DNA of 64,000 nucleotides. It comes from Paramecium tetraurelia (taxonomy: Eukaryota). A program made the translations under genes and the position numbers. The stretch covers positions 62,001 to 126,000 of the forward strand of contig CT868065.1 in assembly GCA_000165425.1 (NCBI GenBank), read 5' to 3'. The notes under the pieces were generated by a model. It was not told where the DNA came from. It saw nothing but the letters and a program-made list of their open reading frames with translations, and ran no database searches. Shown in pieces: positions 27,328 to 41,468 of the stretch (its first letter is position 1; every line of letters begins with the position of its first letter).

Positions 27328-28953
27328 ATGGACGTATTAAGAGTTGTTCTTGTAGGTGTTATTGGATCTGGCAAAACTGCATTTTTTAATAATTTGACAA
27401 AGAATTAAGAGCCTGTAAAATAGGGAGGAGCATCTGTTACTAAATAAGTAGTAGTTGGATAATGCATTTTTGGAGAGCAGTTTGAAGTAATTGATACCCC
27501 TGGGTTCGAATCTGATGAAGAAAAATTATTACATGCTGCAGGAGTAATTGCAGCACTTTCAATAGGCGATGTTAATAGAATATTATTAATATAAAAATTT
27601 GACAGAGATGGAGTAATGATGAATGCATTGTAATAAGTCATAGCTCCAATCACTAGATATAGGGATATGGTAACGGTTATAGTATCACATTGGGATCTTT
27701 CAGAAAATAAAGAACAAGATTAATAGCATTTAACAAAGAAAATAAAGGATAGATTTAATATTGGATCTATTCTTTATTATTCTAAACTTAATGATCCTAA
27801 AGTTATCGCTCTATTAGTTTAAAATATAATTTTTGAATCAAAACTAACATCTATTAAATTATCAGATACAGAAATAATTAGTTAGTTTGATTTATCAACT
27901 TTGAATTATGAAAGTCAAGATAAATTAGAAAGAGATAAAGAATAAATTATTAAGTCATTTAGAAAGACGGCATAGGTGTTTATTAAATATATAAATGAAG
28001 AGGTTAATTTGGATGACCCTAAAGCTGTTGATATTTTGCATTTTATATCATTAGAAATTAAGAATATTGCAAATAAATAAGTGGAGCAGTTTGAAAAATA
28101 GCATGGAGAACAACTTAATGAGTTTTATGATACGAATGGAATTAATGTTAGCTATTTACATCATATATATCTAAAAAAAGAAATAAAAAAGGATCTTGAA
28201 AAGGTAATTAAATTGGCTTAAGAAAAAATGATTAATTCAAAAAATCATTGTTTTTAATGTTTAAAACAATGTCCACATTGTAAATTAATATGGATTAAAG
28301 TTGCTGGATGTGATGGATAAACTACTTGTGGAAATAGAGTTTATACCACTTCAGATTCATTATTGAAAAACTCTTCAACTAAATGTAGATACGAAATTGA
28401 ATTAGAATCAAACAAATTAGTGTTGAAAGAAATTTAATTCAGTAATACACAAAATACATCTTAGAAATCATAGTCTGATTCAAATTAAGATTATATTTAC
28501 CAAATTATAAGGGAGGATAAGTATTTATAGAAAGTTCTTGGACAAAACTTTACAAAGGATTAATTTGAGAAGTTAATAAGAGAGAAGAATGATATGAATT
28601 AAAATTTAATGTATTCATTTTTGAGGTTGAAACCTGATGATGATATAATTAAATGGATTTACTAATAGTTGGATATAGAAAGGGATATTGAAAAATAAAA
28701 TGATAAGAAAAATAAAAGATTTGGCTGCGGATAAGAATTAATTTGGTCAGAATTGCCACCCTTGAGTGGACCTGAATTAAATGAATTACTATCAATTGAA
28801 TTAATAGATTATTTCAATGATTAGGCATAATTAATTAATGACGAAAGTAAATTCTTAGAGGCAGCTTATAAAGACCTTGTTAACCAAGCTATATAAGAGC
28901 AATATAAGACAAAGAAAGTGATCTAATTGTAAAAGTAGAGTGAAACATAATGA
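27328..28953 (+). CDS. AIG1/GIMAP-like GTPase with split Rcat-like domain, copy 3 (541 aa)
   Basis: GVIGSGKT, GGASVT, DTPG, SHWD; KQCPHCKLIWIKVAGCDGQTTCGNR...GCGQELIW. Confidence 0.9.
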
Positions 28954-28997
28954 TGATATTTATTAACCTATTAATGTATAACATACTATATAATTTT

Positions 28998-29844
28998 TCA
29001 TTGATCAACAGTTCCAAAATATCTATCTCCAAAGTCTCCAACTCCTGGGAAGCGATGATCTTGAATAGTATTAAGTGCGTAATCAACTCCAGCAGTAATG
29101 ACTTTGACCTTAGGGAATTAATGCAGGACTTTTGAAAGTCCTTTTTCGCATGAAACAATGTTCACAGCAGCAATGTTTTCCTAATTGACTCCATTGGATT
29201 GAAGTGCTTTTATTGCTGTACTGATTCTTCCGCCTGTTGTAATCATGGCATCAGTAAGGATGACCTAATTTAGTTCATTGATACTTGTTTTTGATCGATA
29301 TCCTCTGGGAATTTGCAATACATTAACTAGGGATCTTTAGTTTATGGATGTTCTTAAACTAAAATAAATCCAACTGAAGCTCCTGGAAGCACCTTGAGAG
29401 CTTCGCCTAAGAAGGCGTTTCCTGATCTTACCATCACTACAACACAGAATTATTTGTTCTCAAATTAAATCTCTTAGGCTGGTGTTTAAGTTTGTGAGCC
29501 TTCTGGAGGAGCCAACTTTTTACTATGTTCAGAGATGGCCTTTTCCATTAGCAATCTAATCAATCTGTCAGAATACAATCTGAAGTCCTAATTAGGTTTG
29601 AGACCATATATACTTTGGTTTGAGTAGTTTGATTACGGATCACACTCAACAAATGTTCAACTTAGAATTTTTCCAACACATAAAGACTAGGAAATCTAAG
29701 ACGAAATTATTATAATTCTGAATGTGAAATAAAAGAGAAATACGGTGCAGCGCATTGGAATCTTTTCTATTATTGAGCAATTAGAGTGAATCCCAAGAGT
29801 CCTAGGAATCCACTTTCGAATATCTTAAGAAGTCTTGAATTCAT
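28998..29844 (-). CDS. UPRT: Uracil phosphoribosyltransferase
   Basis: FRLYSDRLIRLLMEKA; VMVRSG; LTDAMITTGG; PGVGDFGDRYFGT. Confidence 0.92.
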
Positions 29845-30020
29845 ATTTTAATAATTTAATTTAATAATTCCAATTGTGAATCATTAAAATTAATGAGAAT
29901 ACTTTAATGTTTTTTTATATATAAGTGACAATCAAATTCAAATTTGAACCATATCATAAAGTAACAATAATAATAATTTAAAATTGAATGTTTGTATTTA
30001 TTTAACATACAATATTTAGA

Positions 30021-32583
<2,563 letters not shown>

Positions 32584-33066
32584 GTGTTATTAACTTTTAA
32601 AAAAAAGATTTAAAATTTTCCATAATTAAAACAAGCATTTATATTATTTGCGCATAAATAATTGTTAATTAAACCTACCAATGACATCTCATTGTAATTA
32701 TAATATGATGAATATTCAATAAACAATAATCTCATTTATTATAGATTCAATATTACGCTCCTTTATATTCACAATATCTCACATTATTCACGTACAACAT
32801 GAATAAACCTTGTCCTTATCTGCCAATTTAATGCACACAATTGAAGTGTGCTTCAAAACAGTTATACCTGCATTTAGTTTGCAATCTTGGGATTCTGAGG
32901 GATTTTATCATTGAAATTCAGATCTAGGGATTTATTCAACTGCATTTTGATTGAACAGTTTCGCATTTATTCTATACACATGTTGTTATCTTAAATTAAT
33001 AATCTCAAGTTTATATTGAAGAACTTTATTCATTTTTATAAATGAACAAATAATTAAAGTGATAAA

Positions 33067-33917
33067 ATGAATGCAATTGATGAATTGAGAAAGACCAAGT
33101 TTACAGAGAAATTGGAGCAATTTATATTAAAAAAGAGAAGAGCTTAGACGAATCTAGATGAGTATCAAACAAGAAAACAAAGTATAATATATGAATATAA
33201 AGAATAATAACCTTATGTTCCTGAAGACAATACAGATTAGATTTGCAGTTTGTGCAAATGTTTTTATGTTAATTATGTAACAACAACTTGCCAACATAAT
33301 TGCTGTTAAAAATGCTTATTTGATCATCTACTCAAATGTCGAGTACATTTATTTATATTTATGAAAGAAAAAATGCCCAGTTTGCAGTAGAGAGTTGAAG
33401 GGGGATTTTGCTTTTCCTTGTCTTTCCATCGATTACTGGATAGGGATTGCTCAGAAGAATAATAAAGATTATGAAGTTAAATTATAAGAGATAGAATTGT
33501 GGAAGGAGAGAGGAAGGGTCAAAGAGTTTACTGTAGGAATGAGATTAGATATTCTGGACACGGTTTTTGTTTGGTGTCAAGGTGAAGTAAAAGATATAAG
33601 ATATGGAAAAAATGATTAGCCTAAGTAGGTGTTCATCCATTATCTGGGTTGGGATAAAGTTTATGATGAGATAATAGATGTTGATAGTTTCAGACTGGCT
33701 CCCCTAGGAACTAATACTTAACAAAAGAGTACTTCATTTTATTAAATTAGATGTTATATAATACAAACAATCAAATGTAGAGACAATATAGAGAAGTTTA
33801 AATATTAATTAGAATGCTAATTCAAATGCGAGAGAGACCAATCATCGATCACTGATAATGGCACTAGCTAGTTAATTTTTATCATTGAGAAATGATCTTT
33901 TTAATAATTAAAATTGA
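33067..33917 (+). CDS. RING finger plus Tudor-knot/MBT-like barrel protein
   Basis: CSLC...TCQHNCCQKC...CPVC; FTVGMRLDILDTVFVWCQGEV...FIHYLGWDKVYDEII...RLAPLG. Confidence 0.82.
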
Positions 33918-33932
33918 TATAATTTATATAAC

Positions 33933-35404
33933 ATGCAAAGCTATAAACTTCACGTAGTTTCTGAAAACCTCAAGGATAGACATCCCTATGTTGAACCGGA
34001 TTTCAAGGATAGATACGATCCCTCTGAAGTAATACTCATACTCAAGAATAGGTTTATCATGCAGTCTTTGACCGTTCCATTCCTAAATTGATTGAAATAT
34101 TGCTCATGGCGAACATTGAATCTTTTAAATATAGAGATGCCTTGATCACATTAAATGAGATGGTTGACCATTAAGAAATGAAGGATTAAATGATATCCCA
34201 AGGTAATCCTTCTCTTTAGACCTAGGTCTGGTGGGAATTGCTAGTGCATATTTACATCATAAAGATATCTAGATCAGAAAACAAGCAGTCATTTTATTGG
34301 GATGTTTAGTAAGCATAATGAGAGGAAGAGAACAACTAGACGATTTGAGTTTTGATGGATTATCTAAATTATTATTTGATGATGCAAGAGAATAGTGTGG
34401 ATGGGCTTTATGTAGAATAATTACTGGAAGAGATGGCGTAGATATCTTTGTGCAAATCTAATCTCACTAAAAAAATGATCTAATCCTTTATGCAATCTAA
34501 AGAATATCCTAAATTTACTGTTTATTTATTGGAAGCATTTGCCAAAATCGTAGAATTTGATAATGGCATTTTCTTCTTTTTAAATTGTGGAACCATTAAG
34601 AGATTCATTGAAATTCTATCTTAAGAGAATTACTATGATTAAAGCTATACTTAAAGAATAACTTATTTGTCTTTGGAAGTGCTATCTAAAATATGTGCTA
34701 ATCATGAAGGCAAAGAAGAAGCAATTAGAGAAAATGCTATCAATGTTGCCAATCGATATCTGGATAGTCCCTTATTGGAAGAAGCTTATTTTGCAACTAT
34801 TTTGATCATGAATTGCACTATTAATCTTGATGGCAAAAAGTAATGTGTACATGTTGAAAATGATGAAATTATCTAAGTATATCAATTTAAATAAATACTA
34901 GAAATTGATTTCGTTACTAAATAAAGATTTCAGTAAGGATGTTAAATAAGCATTAACTAATATTGCAGATTACCCTGATGGATTTATTATCATTACTAAA
35001 TTATTGTCAAATAGCTATGAAACTTTAGATGACTTGCTTGGTCATAGGGTCGTTATTGCTTTGGCTAAACTGATCCCAAGAGGATTAGAAAATTATGATG
35101 AATATAAATAATATGGTAGAACTCTTTGCAAATTCTTGAGAGACTACAATGAAGCCATCTATGTGGCCTTGGAAGTATGATTAATAAGAGATTAAATTAG
35201 GAAACAGTTAAAATAGTAGAAATTCTGATGGAATTCTTTTATTATCCTGACTTAGTGAGAGATGTGACAGACTCCCTATTAAAATTGATGGAAGCAGATG
35301 TAGAATCAAGAGAGTACGCACTCAATTATTTGGAGACTCACAATGTAAACAGCAAAGAGATTTAAAGTATATCTAATAAAATACTTGAATTATTTCCACA
35401 TTGA
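33933..35404 (+). CDS. RSPH14: Armadillo-repeat protein resembling radial spoke head 14 (RTDR1)
   Basis: VFDRSIPKLIEIL...ALITLNEMVDHQE; ARM-like repeats; CTINLDGKKQ; several short introns. Confidence 0.65.
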
Positions 35405-36528
35405 ATATGTCATATGATTTTTAATAGGAAATACATTATTCTTAATTCTTTTTATTTTAAAATGTCATTAGATTGACTATATAATTATAGATACTTTTCA
35501 TATTGTATTCTAAGAACTGTACAGATTAAAACAAATAGCTATTAAATCTTAATTTACTTGAACTGATTATTTATTAAAATTAGTAGGAAGAGAGCTTAAG
35601 AGATTATAATTCCATTATCCTATCATGAGATACTTTGGGAAGAATATCAATCAATAATTGTAGTCTATCTATATTTAAACAGAGTCTCCTGTTAATATTT
35701 TAGATAATTCTTATTTTCAAAATAAATTTAATCCGTTTCTACAAAAATGTGATCATTATCATATTGAAATTAATTCAATCTGGTTAAATCAAATGTAATT
35801 TCTTTTCTATATAAAGTTCCAAATTTCCATATCTCATAGGCAAAATTCCATTACTATACTGAACACTATCAAATATTAAGTAATATCTAGAACACTTCAC
35901 AGTTTTTAATCTATATCCTCCTATTTCTACTACATTCATAATGAATAGATTCTTATATATATCAAAATGAACTCATAGCTTAATTATGTCGTTGTAATAC
36001 TAACCTGCAATTTTCATATTTACACTTTGGAGGTTATTCATTTTGTAGACTCTTTAGTTATGATGTCTGGTTCCAAATAAATGAATTAAGTTTACTATTT
36101 TGCTGAAATCTAAGAGTATATATTATGAGTATTATACTCTAATACTCTAATCTTTTATTAGTTAAGTGCTAATAAAATGGAGAAAGAGATGTTGGATTTT
36201 AGATGATATTGTTCTATAATACATTTACTTTTAATAGTGGCTGATTTCTATTTAATAGTCAGTAATTGGAAAATGGATTTTAGAGTAATATTTTGAGCTG
36301 CATCTCAAATTGAATTATATAACAAAATCTAATTCTAATTATGGTGTTATTAAATGATTCAAGTTATAAGTTCTTAAAATACAATATAATAAAAATGGGA
36401 AAAATATTATAAATAGATTTATAGAACAATTTTAATTAAAAATATCATCGAATGAGTTTTACATACATTTTATTACAAGGTTGTATTTTATATAATTCAG
36501 GTTCTTTTTAATTTAAACAATATAAAAA

Positions 36529-37868
36529 ATGAGTCAAGGAAAGAATAATAATCAACCATTTTGTTTCGGAAGCAATGGCTCTGAATTTGATCAATCATTT
36601 CTTTTTTAAAGGTATGACATTACATCTAAACATATCATTCTATTTACTGATATCCATATATTATATTTTGAAATACCGATGATTATATTAGCAATCAACC
36701 TCTTTTTCAGCTGTTTGGATCTGAGATATAGCAATACTTTTTGAGATAGCTGCTTACCCCAAACTTAATGCAGTGCATGAATTAAAACTCATAATTGAAG
36801 GATTGCTTTCAAGCCTAGAATTTACTAAGTAAGGATAACCATACTCTTTATACTGGCATTATATTACTTATATTTATGTTTGTTGGACTAATTTCTTAGA
36901 TTTTCCACCTTTGATGAATGGGATTGATATGCTACCATATCTACCAAATCCTGGGTAATCATAGCAATAGCTGAACGTGTTAAACAATCAATCATAGGGG
37001 AATTCAGCTCAAAAGATGAAAAACAATGCAGAGAACCCTATAACAGTAGATGATGATGAACCAGCATAACCTACTAAGAAATGTTACAACGTTCAGTGTA
37101 AGAATGTTGGGGACAAGAAAATCAAATCCAAGAGGCATGATATATTATTCTTTTGTGACAAATGTTCTAAATTATATAATAAAGGAAATTTTTGTGATTT
37201 TTGCGAACAAGTATCAATATCCTCATTTCATTTATTAAAGGTTTACGGCTCTTACGATGACGAGGCTGGCTGGGTTTAATGCGATCAATGCTAAAAATGG
37301 GTATGCAACATTTATAATAAAAATAGAATCACATTGCCTGCGAATAAAAATATAGAAATTAAAATATTGAAAATGAACCAGAAACCACTCCATATCATTG
37401 TTTAACTTGTTCCAAGAACATCAAGAAAACTAAACCAGTGAAGAAACAAGAAGAGCAGCAGCCTCCTTAGAAGTAGCGTCCCATTACTGAACAAGACGAT
37501 GCTAGAAATAGAGAAAAGAACATTACCTTTGTGGCCACGAAGGACAACAAAATACAATACAGTAAGTGATATTGATTAAGTCTTAGCCTATCGATTAAAC
37601 TTGTTAGAAGAGGAAATCAAAGTAGATTTGGATCTCCTTCGAAATTCGATTAAAAAGGCTAAGAAATTATAAATGCAATCTCCGCCTCAAATATTCCAAT
37701 AGCACATAACTTCTTCTCAATAATAAAGTCAACAATCGCAACAACAACAAGAAGTAAGTATACATTCCTACTCCAAAGGTTTAAGAGCAATCTTCATTGG
37801 GTAGTCGAAGTTTGAGGAGAAGAATAAATTAGAAATTGAATTACAGAGATCTGGTTGGGGAATATTGA
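36529..37868 (+). CDS. PHD-finger protein
   Basis: CDKCSKLYNKGNFCDFCEQVY...WVQCDQCQKWNHIACE...YHCLTC; needs two long introns (36612-36691 and 36829-36899) plus short ones. Confidence 0.85.
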
Positions 37869-37949
37869 AGTTATACATATAAATTATATTATTGTTTTAC
37901 AACACCTAATTTATCGTATTGTTTATTCAAACATATAGATTATAAAATA

Positions 37950-38918
37950 TCACGATAATTGTTCAATCTTCTTCACCTTCTCTTAATATCTCTTTAAGAA
38001 ATGACACGATTTATTTATTTATTCCAAAACTTAAATGTACTCTTCCTTCTATTATTATTTATTCAACAATTCGCATAAAATAATTAGATTCGATAGACAA
38101 ACTTCAATTTCTTGACGGTCTGAAAATTGCTCGTTGTCAATTATCAGCGTTTTCACTTTTTACCCTAATTCAAAAGCCTCTTCAAATTTATTTTGACTAA
38201 AATGCTTATTTGAGAATATCATACTGAATTAGACAGGTGATCATCAAATTCATCAATTTTGAAGAATCTCCAAATCTATCCTTGGTCTCCTAGATTGATT
38301 TATATGCCTATTCTGGTTATCCATTGTATAACTAGAGAGAAATATAACACTATGTACATTTAGATATATTTAAGCAAGATAAGTCAGGATGTCTTCATCA
38401 TCAAATCTTCTGAGATCTAGTAAAGTGGATTCTGCCAAGTCAAATCTTCTTCCTCTTAGATATATCATAAATTAGAGAAATAGCAATTCCTATTAAAATG
38501 CATCTTTTGGCATATCCAATTAAAGTGCATATTGTGCTTCACATGAATTCACAGACATATATGCACATATGATTTAAATCATTTTCTAATTTTATTGAGG
38601 AATGATGTCTTTAAGTTTTTTCAATACATCTTCAATTTGTTTTCTATCCTCATCTACAGTAGTATCTGATTTCTGTTATTCAATTAGTGGACCCATAAAT
38701 CTGCTGACAATATCTGTGATCTCCAACAATTTGGAAGATGGTTTCTTTGTTAATCGTATGGTTTTTGGTTTCAATTCTCTAGCTGCAATTAATGCTCTTG
38801 AAACCAAAAAGTAATAGTAATCATCATCATGGTCATTTTATTACCATATTTCCAACACTTTATTAAAATTTCCTAAAAAGAATGCTATCTTGGCTTAAAG
38901 AAGTATTTGTTATTCCAT
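37950..38918 (-). CDS. COPE: Coatomer epsilon subunit
   Basis: LLQAKIAFFLGNF; IYLRGRRFDLAESTLLDLRRFDDEDILTYLAQ. Confidence 0.8.
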
Positions 38919-39626
38919 CCAATACACGTAAATACTAATTAAAATATTTATTAATATTTCATTTGATATAAATACTTAACTCAAAATTATGTTTGAGATA
39001 ACAATATATTCTTAAATTATAAATACTTCATTATAAATTCATTTACTTTATTCTCATTTTTTTGTTTTATGTCTTTGTTTAAATGTAATGATTTTATTAT
39101 ACTAAGATTATTTGATCTTAAAATTTTATCTCATTCAATTGAACATAGAAAATCAAAGTTTTTGTCTAATTTTCTGTTTTGATACATTTACTTCTTTCAT
39201 ATACTTTCTATATTGATAATTATGATACCATAAATTTAAGAATTTTCTTAGTTAATTGCATAATCATTTCATTTATAGGTTGCAATACAATTAGCAATTT
39301 CGCTTCCTTAGAGATTCCTCAATTTAGCAAGTAACTATCCTCATTTTCTAAATAAATAATTGTAAGTAAATATAAATTCTAGATGTTTATTAAATAAAAT
39401 ATTTAATGAAATCCCATAATATTTTAGAATTATATTAGTATTAATTTATTATAAACTGATTACTTAAATTTGCATGAGAACCGTATACCTTTCATGTGCA
39501 TTTTGTTATCATGTAAGTTTGCAGGTACTCTAAATCAATCTTAATTATTACTATCGATAATATTTATGCAATTATTATATTATCATAAATAATTAAAATA
39601 TACTATATATATATGAAGTAATGTTT

Positions 39627-41435
39627 TCATTGTTTGAGAATCTAACTTAAGTATTTTTTCAGGATTATCCTATATGTATACTGATATTAGGATGACTCAT
39701 GAGAACCAGAAGTGTATTCCAGTCTTTCTGGATCTAATAGTATATCTTTAGCCAATTATAGTAATATAATATTGTGCTGAATGATTCTTTGTTTTTCCAA
39801 TCTATAAACCAAAGCAAAATACTCATCATAATCTAATTTTTAATCCTTTAATAAGAGATCACCTTTAGAAAGATCTTCTTTGAACTCAGCTTTAAATTCC
39901 TGCAGTAACTAGATAGATTTTGCCAACCCTAGGAATATGAGAACTCTTAACCTTTCAATTCAGTCTAAATATTAATGATGTTCAACACGCTCTGAGGATC
40001 ATAGCAATCTCGGTTCTCACTTCTACAACCTATTTTAAATATTACTCGTTAATAGCCTTGGCAAGTTTAAGCAAATTAAAAGGGAACTCAGTGTATTTTA
40101 GTTTAATTGATAAATATTGTTTCTAAAATATTCTGCTCACTCCACTTTTTAATAAGTCTGCAGTTTTGATTCTCAAATAGACATGATCATATTTATTTTT
40201 TTCTAAGGCAATTCCATATCTTAATAATAGCTCTCTATTTGATAGTCTTCCATAGTTAAAGTAGACCTGAGATCCCTTTTTAAAATTCTCAGTCTTTTAA
40301 GAGTTTATACAAAAGTAGTCAAAATCTTCATCCTCTTTCCAATTTATTATCTTCTTTGCTACATTCCGAGCACGTCCATTTGACTGCTGTTAGTAACCCA
40401 TAACTTGTTGGTAAACATAATCCCTAAGGATTTCATATGTTTACTCCAATAATTCCTTTTAAGTAGTCCATTCTATGATTTGATCTGCAATAAAGTAATC
40501 AAGATCTGATTCATCTTGATCTAGGTCTAGAGAGTTATCTGAATCCGAGGAGGATTAAACACTTTATAGTTCTTCATCAGCATAGAAGCCTTAATCTCTT
40601 TAATTTTTTCCATTCTTCTTTGATCTATATTTTCTATTATTGAATTCGTTCTATTTATTTTTATCATCTTCAGATAAGAGAGTGATGTGCACATCAACAC
40701 ATTCATGATTGAAGAATTCACAAAAGGGCACCATACTTTTGTATTTTAAATTATGTCCAAAATCTCTGGTATATAAGTTGGTATACGCCCATTAGAATTC
40801 CTCTTCATTTGTATTCAATATCTTTTTGAATGTTAATAAGGTCTATTCATATTCTTCCCTCTTTTTGTGTACTTTACGGATTAAATTTTCATCTTACAAT
40901 AATTTCAATTTCTCTTCTGGCCAAAATAGTAACATGTTAACATCTTTGGGTAGTTACTCAATAAATCTATAGTATTTGGATCTTATTCCTTCCCTTTTAT
41001 TAATAATCAAAAATGCTATGATTGCATGTTCTTCCCCATCTTCATGATCCAAGAAAAATTCTCTGTGTTTAAAAAAGAAGGCTCTCTGACTTGATTCAAA
41101 AGCAGTTTGACTGCTGATTATCAATTGGCGGGGAACTTTGACTAAAAGATAATTAGCTGGGATATTTTCTGTGGCTGTTCCCTATTTACAACAACTCATT
41201 ATTACCTATCAAACCTCGATAGGGCAAACCGTTCTTTAGATAGAAGGTTGCTAAACTCACATCCTATAGTTTCACTCCTTACTCAATATAATCTATTTGA
41301 TATTGTGTTTTTTTATTTTGAGGCAAAGTGGTGCAATTTTCATCCTTTTAATAGATGCCTTTTTCCTTAGAATTAAATTATTAGTCATACTCTCTAATGC
41401 ATTTTGCCAATCGAAAACCTTTTTGGATAATTCAT
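39627..41435 (-). CDS. SET-domain lysine methyltransferase (SETD3/SETD6/LSMT-like), paralog A
   Basis: ATENIPANYLLVKVPRQLII; MVPFCEFFNHE; QVYFNYGRLSNRELLLRYG. Confidence 0.88.
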
Positions 41436-41468
41436 AATATAATTTATATTAACACTAAAATTAACATC

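Noticed and set aside
27500..27515. GGTTCGAATC resembling a tRNA T-loop
   Set aside because: Lies inside the DTPGFES codons of GTPase copy 3; no cloverleaf
32690..32990. Possible C/D snoRNA or small ORF upstream of EF-2 (ATGATGA near 32704)
   Set aside because: The nearest CTGA is about 190 nt away, with no terminal stem and no convincing ORF
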